The translations under genes and the position numbers were made by a program. The notes below the pieces were generated by a model that searched no databases, was not told the DNA's origin, and saw only the letters and a list, made by a program, of their open reading frames with translations. From the NCBI RefSeq assembly GCF_032191835.1, contig NC_083234.1, forward strand, positions 1,736,001 through 1,800,000: DNA of 64,000 nt. Direction: 5' to 3'. The DNA is from Heteronotia binoei. Taxonomy: Eukaryota. The first letter of the stretch is position 1; every line of letters starts with the position of its first letter. Shown here piece by piece: positions 57,865-64,000 of the stretch.

Positions 57865-59204
57865 GGCTGCGTGCGGAGGGAGGGAGGGGGCGGCGGCCTT
57901 TGCCTGCCTGGCCTGCTGCAAGCGATGCTGCTTCTTCGCAGATGGGCGCCTCGGGCCTGGAGCTGCCCGCAGAGGACAGGAGCAAGGGTCTCTGCTCAGG
58001 CGGGTCCTGAGCCACGGGGGGCCGGGGGGGGCGCTGAGTGTGAGTGACTGCATGAGCGCGCGCGACGGTGGCCAGCAGGCTCTGTGCCACGGATTCCTCT
58101 TCGCCAACTGACCTCTGGTGCTGAAGCCCCTTTCTGGCGCCTGGGGGGGTTGGTGTTCTGTCCCGGGGGAGGAGCATGTGGGGGGGGGGGGGGCTTGGCC
58201 CCGGGGCTGGGGCTGGGTGCCCTCCCTCCCTGACTGACGGGAGCGGCCCTTCCTGGCCCCTCGCTCCTTCCACACCGGCCTTGCTCGGGTGCTGGGCCTC
58301 ACCAGGAGAGCAAAGACCCTTCACCTGGGCCCGCCCCTGTGCCCACGCCCGCCTGCTTCCCTCTGGGCCCCCTGCTTCGACTGGGGGGAAGCCCCCGCTG
58401 GCAGGAAGAGCCTGGCTGGGAGCGATGGAGGGGACCCGAGCTGCCGCCCTCCAGGAGGCCAGGCCCTGGCACAGATGCATCGGCTGCGCTTGCATGCCGT
58501 CCCTGCTTGGGGGCCTTTTCAGAAGGAGGCTTTTCTGTCCCCTTGGCAAGGCCCCGCCCCCCGCCCCCCCCCCCCCCAGGCTGCTGGGACACCCTCAGCT
58601 TTTCCACCAGGAGGGCTTGCGACTTGCCCAAAGGGATCTTTTGCTAGCCGAGCTCAAGAAACCAAAGTCCCTCAGAGAGCGCTTTTCTGGGGTCCGAAGC
58701 AACGGAGCACATTTGCAGAGCTCCTGGGGCGGGGGGGTGGGGAGGGGAGGGGAGGCACCACTGGAGGCTTCTGGCACCAGTTTCTTTTTTTACCACCCCA
58801 CCCCCATCTCAACTCCCGTGCATGGAAGCAAGAGGGTCAGTGATGAAGGACGCGCTGCCTGCCGTCTGTCTGTCTCCCCGACCTGCCACCAGCTCCTCAT
58901 GGGCAGAGTTGTGCTCCTGGCCCCTCCCCTGGGCGTGCCTCAGTGTCCCCAAATGTAAACGGGAGGGGGGGGTTGTAATCTGACCTACCTCATGGGGGAG
59001 TGTGAGGAGGACGGAGGCCCCCAGGAGTCTTGCCAAGGGCTCTGTGGGGCGGGGGGCTCTTCCCCAGCTCTCCTCTGCCGCTTCGTTCGGAGCCTCCTCG
59101 TTTTTGTAATCCTGCCCTATTGCTTTGTTGACTAGCTACGTCCTCTCATGCGACTGGACTGCGTAGCTTCACACCATGTACTCTGCCGCCTCCAGGAGGC
59201 TAGA

Positions 59205-59210
59205 AATAAA
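59205..59210 (+). terminator. Polyadenylation signal AATAAA, SCN4B 3' end (candidate)
   Basis: AATAAA about 1.35 kb after the SCN4B stop, followed by GT-rich gtgtgtttgt. Confidence 0.5.
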
Positions 59211-61844
59211 GGAAGCCAAGGAGACCTGGTCAGTGTGTTTGTCCTGAGTCCTGTTGCAGGGGCCTGCTGGTGGTGGCTCTTCCTCCCCTCCCCCCCCCCA
59301 AGGCCTCCGCACGGGACAGACCTCAAGGAGTGCTAGGTGCTCCTGGCTCCTCTGCGAGGCCGGGCAGTTCCCCTGAGGGGCAGCGGGAGGTGGGGGGGGC
59401 TGGAAAAGCTCCGCCTGGGGAGGGGAGGAGAGAGGAGGCCTTGGGAGGTCAGGAACTGGCTGGGCCGCTGGAGTCCCCCCCGCCCGGGCAGGGGACCCTT
59501 TACACGTGGACAATCTTTAAAGTTCCCCATCAGGCCAGAGAAGTGGGGGAAAGCACATGTTCAGGCCTCACGGTCTTCAGATCTTCTCCCAACTGGATAT
59601 GATGGGACTTCTAGGCGAGGCAAGGAAGACTCAGATGGCAGGCTGCTGGTGGCGGGGAGGGGGCAGGAAAACAAAAGCCCCAAGAGAGCTGAACTCCATA
59701 GCAACACCTCCCCCCTCCCCCCACCCTTAACCCCGAGCAAGACAGCTGGTGTGAATTCTGCCATGAAACTGTCAAGTGTAAATTCTCAGGGTAATAAGGG
59801 GAAGGGAGGGGCATTGAGGTAGAAAGGGCAGGTAGGACTGAAGACACAGGGTAAATAGTTCAAGTGAAAATTAACCAATACTAGTAAAAGTTTATAGTCA
59901 TCTGGGTGTGGAGCAGGTCTCATTCTGTGTGTGTGTGTTTGTGTGTGTGTGCGCGTGAATGAGGCATTTGTGAGTTTCCTGCATTGTGCAGGGGGACTGG
60001 ACTAGATGACCCTGGAGGTCCCTTCCAACTCTATGATAAAACATGTGAAGAGCTGTCAATTCAGATTTCAAGACAGAGATCACAGTAAAGGAATCCAAGC
60101 CTCTGTTTCAGCCAGGATGACCGAAAGCTTGAGTCCAGTGTCAGCCTTAAGGCCAACACAGTTTTATTGGAAGTATAAAGCTTTCCCGTGCAGGCACACT
60201 GCTTCTCTACAAACAATGGAATCAAAATCCCTCAGTCCTGCTTACAGAAGAAGAGGGGCAGAGGCAGCCAAGATGCCCAAGTGGAGCTGAAAGAGGATCA
60301 GGCGGCCCCAGGTGAGATCAAGGAGCTTGTCGATGCAGGCGCTCACAAGGAGGTGTGCAAAGGAAGCGGAAGCCCAGCAGCCCCCCCACGACAAACCAAG
60401 CTCCCCGTGGAGGCCCCGCAGCAACAGAGACTCTGCTGGTACCCACTTCTGATCCCCTTGGATTTTACATGTGGGGAGAGCAGAGGGGGCGCTTCCCCAG
60501 GAACCGCTGGAGGGGGCTGCCAAATTGGGTTTGGAGTCCATTCTATTCTATGGGCCCATAAGATAGAATGGGCCTATAAGGGGGCATCATTTTTTAATTT
60601 TGCCCGCCCCCTCAAAAAACATGGAGATCCAGTCCTGGGGCAGTGTTCGTTGTCAGGAAGAGTTACCGTAATTGGAGTCAAGATGCACAATTAACTGAGC
60701 AATAAATACAGCTAAGATTGGATTAACAATATGGTAGGACAACTTCTTGGTGAGTTCTAATTCAGCACTTTCACATTGTAGATTCCCTTTACAGTTGGGG
60801 CTTGTGTGTGTAGAACAGTGACTTTCAATTCTGTGGTTGTGTGTCCAGAGTGACTGAATGTTTCCCCCGCTGGCTTCTGGATACTGGGAGTTCTTACTTT
60901 GGATTTGTGTTCATTGATGCTTGCCTTGCATTTCCATAGCTGTACTCTGGCGCAAATCCTTTAGCATCCAGAGCCACCTCTGGGATCCGGTGCTGCTGTT
61001 GGGGGGGGGGGTCTTGGTTCTGCAGGAGGGGCGGTGCCAGCCACAGCCTGCCTGTGAGGCCTCCTTTTCCAGGGAGAGCAGAACCACTTCTGCAAGACCT
61101 TCCCAGTGGGGGCAGCCAGGAAGGCCTGTCTGGTGCTTGCCCATAGCTGAGCCTCTCTCTTCATCTCAGCCACCTTCTAGATGCTGAAGCATCCCCAGAC
61201 GCAAGTTCCTCCAGGCAGCAGCATGGAAAAGGGCTGTGCCTGCCCCTCCTCGGCGCAGAGGGCCCCTTCTCTTTGCCAAGGGCCACCTGTGCCAAAGGGG
61301 CCCTTCTGCCTGCCTGAGCAGACCCATGCCGACCAGCTAGAGTGGGCTGAAGGCTGGCCCAGGGACACCCAGAGTCCTCTCGCCAGCTGGAACTGCTGGC
61401 ATTCTTATGTGCAGCCCAACCCATGTTGGCCTGCAGCCCCAGGCAGGCCAGATGCCCAGCTCCATCCCCTCCCTATGACAAAGGGGCTCTCCCTTGTTGC
61501 TATACCATCCAGTCTTACAGCTGCAATGGAAGGCCTGCCTGAAAAGCCTCTTCTGCAGCAAGCTGGGATGAAGGGAGGTTTCTCATGACTTTATGTAGCC
61601 TTGCTTGTGAAATCCCAGCTGTTGTGATGAGCCAGCTTTTTATTAGGAAGGAGTCACCCACAGGACACTGGAAAGAATGAGGACTCCCAGAGTAGGGGTC
61701 AGTATCTTTTACTTAGTGATTTCAGAACAATTTACAGCCTGCAAACCCCAGACCTACCTAGGCCTGGTTCTATAAAGTGGGACTCCAGGTGCATTCCAGC
61801 CAGCCCTCTGGCCCCCTGTAGTAGTCCAGGGCAGCTGTCCAGCC

Positions 61845-62122
61845 AGAAAGCAGTTGGTGTAGTGGCGAAGTGCACCAACTCTTATCTGGGAGAACCGGGT
61901 TTGATGCCCACTCCTCCACTTACACCGACTGGAATGGCCTTGGGTCAGCCACAGCTCTCGTAGGAGTTGTCCTGGAAAGGGCAGCTGCTGTGAGAGCCTT
62001 CTCAGCCCCACCCACCTCACAGGGTGACCGCTGAGGGGGAGAAGATATAGGAGATTGCAAGCCGCTCTGAGTCAGAGAGAAGCGTGGGGTATACCGTAAA
62101 TCTGCAATTCTTCTTCTTCTTC
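61845..62122 (+). mobile_element. Squam3-like SINE
   Basis: Same head, core and tail as the 43444 element. Confidence 0.88.
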
Positions 62123-62809
62123 TGGCCTAGGGCTCTGTTGTTTGCAGGGCTGAAGCTCACAGAGTCTCTAGTTCCAAAGTATGGACATAACAGAATACAA
62201 ACTCATTGATATTATCAGGGATGGAGAATAACAAGTTGTCAACAATAATTTAACTTGGAAAGGTCAGATGAGCTCTGATGATTTCTGGGTGTGTTAACTT
62301 GGAAAGGGCTGCTTGACTGTCGCTATATGAGAAGAAAAGTCTGTATTTTCTATAGAGTTGCAGGGGTGGATTTTGAAGAATATACACACAATTATATGGA
62401 AATGTAATATTTCCGATATGCTGATTGTTAGGAAAGAAGTTGAGGAAAAGAAAGATGATAGTTTTACCCTAATATTGGGTAGATCAAGAGAAATCTCCAA
62501 AGGGAAATGAGCCAATGTTGTGCTAGGATAGAAAGTAAGAGAGGAATGTATTTTTTAATTGCTTCTTAGAGTTCATTTTCAAGTCCAGAGCATAGTGTTT
62601 TCAAATTTTATATAAGAATTAAAGGGAATTTACCCATCCATTTGCATACTGCTCACATAGATATTGTTAGGAGAGTGATAATGTCACACACAGACATAGA
62701 TTTGTGTGAAGTAGGTAGTTGTAGAATGTTTTAGGAAGTGAAACAGTGAATGGACCTATATTGATTTGAAGAAATCTAAGGATAGCTGAACTAGGTTATA
62801 GAGTTACAG

Positions 62810-63195
62810 AGAGTATACTGTGTACCCTGCAGTTCTGGACGGGTTTACATCAGGACCACACAATGTAGCTTCCAGACAAGAATAAAAGAACATGAAAGAC
62901 ACTGCAGACTTAGCCAACCTGAAAAATCAGCAGTGGCTGAACATAGCCTAACTCAAACAGGACACAGGATCTTACTCCAAGACACTGTAATGCTGGACAA
63001 CGCATCCAGTCACCACGTCAGATTGTACAGAGAAGCCGTTGAAATCCACAGACATAAACACAATTTCAACAGGAAAGAAGAGAGTTTAAAAATGAATAGG
63101 GCATGGCTTCCAGTCCTAAAAAACACAAAATACTCTACATCTTATAACAGCACTGCAGATAAGATTAGAATTCCAACTGCCATTCCATATGCAAA
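62810..63195 (+). mobile_element. Penelope-like element, GIY-YIG endonuclease C-terminal fragment
   Basis: VPCSSGRVYIRTTQCSFQTRIKEHERHC..KSAVAEHS..GHRI..YREAVEIHRHKHNFNRKEE..AWLPVL. Confidence 0.88.

Positions 63196-63249
<54 letters not shown>
63196..63249 (+). repeat. (GAT)18 microsatellite
   Basis: Direct count. It lies at the tail end of the adjacent minus-strand SINE. Confidence 0.95.
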
Positions 63250-63945
63250 ATAGGATTTATATCCTGCCCTCCACTCCAAATCTCAGAGTGGCTCACAATC
63301 TCCTTTATCTTCCTTCCCCACAACAGACACCCTGTGAGGTGGGTGGGGCTGAGAGGGTTCACGCAGCAGCTGCCCTTTCAAGGACAACTCCGACGAGAGC
63401 TATGGCTGACTCAAGGCCATTCCAACAAGAGGAGGAGTGGGGAATCAAACCTGGTTCTCCCAGATAAGAGTCCATCCACTTAACCACTATACCAAGCTGG
63501 GTCTCAAACCTCCTCAGGAAAGTTCCATATACAAAATAACCTCCACAGGGAAGCTCCTCCACATGTCACAGTCTGGGAGAGCCAGTTTGGTGTAGTGGTG
63601 AAGTGCGCAGACTCTTATCTGGGAGAACCGGGTTTGATTCCCCACTCCTCCACTTGCACCTGCTGGAATGGCCTTGGGTCAGCCAGAGCTCTCTTATCTG
63701 GGAGAACCGGGTTTGATTCCCCACTCCTCCACTTGCAGCTGCTGGAATAGCCTTGGGTTAGCCATAGCTCTCACAGAGATGTCCTTGAAAGGGCAGCTGC
63801 TGTGAGAGTCCTCTCAGCCCCACCCACCTCACAGGGTGTCGTTTGTAGGGGGAGAAGATATAGGAGATTGTAAGCCGCTCTGAGTCTCTGATTCAGAGAG
63901 AAGGATGGGGTATAAATCTGCAATTCTTCTTATTCTTATTCTTCT
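63250..63945. mobile_element. Two divergent Squam3-like SINEs (63250-63498 minus; 63575-63945 plus, with a duplicated head segment)
   Basis: ctcttatctgggagaaccgggtttgattccccactcctccacttgc occurs at about 63612 and 63690. Confidence 0.88.
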
Positions 63946-64000
63946 TCCTCCTACTACAAGATATTGACTCAACCCTACTCCACCTTCCTGAGTAGATATA

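Larger units (their letters stand above)
52500..57900. promoter_or_regulatory. CpG-rich domain upstream of and across SCN4B
   Basis: GC and CpG density stays high, interrupted only by a CR1 end at 54090-54330. Confidence 0.55.

Noticed and set aside
60188-60694. TMPRSS4 3' exons expected after SCN4B
   Set aside because: A minus frame has QGD..W..G.SWG.C spacing but lacks GDSGGP and the other trypsin motifs. Neither strand gives a recognisable protein.
62933-63253. Protein with a poly-Met tail
   Set aside because: It is a Penelope endonuclease fragment read through a (GAT)n microsatellite.

Overview
This is GC-rich vertebrate DNA, most likely a squamate (gecko-like, inferred from its CR1/L2/Penelope LINEs and MIR-type tRNA-SINEs). 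I assembled five intact multi-exon genes by hand from GT-AG sites and continuous reading frames, all on the + strand: IL10RA (11076-16297), MPZL2 (30536-36188), MPZL3 (38806-40981), SCN2B (48572-50524) and SCN4B (55616-57864). This is the orthologue of the human 11q23.3 Ig-V/IL10RA cluster. Relative to human, (1) the MPZL2-SCN4B block is inverted against IL10RA, (2) JAML is missing from between MPZL3 and SCN2B, (3) IL10RA appears to have lost intron 1 and keeps only one YxxQ motif, and (4) SCN4B carries an extra CxxC in its Ig domain. The intergenic DNA is dense in retroelements. These include tandem arrays of CR1 3' ends, a nested ORF1-less CR1, and an ORF2-less CR1 that shares its 5' monomer. 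Most long ORFs in the supplied track are GC-richness artefacts. Gene names rest on recalled protein motifs, exon sizes and synteny. No database search was run.
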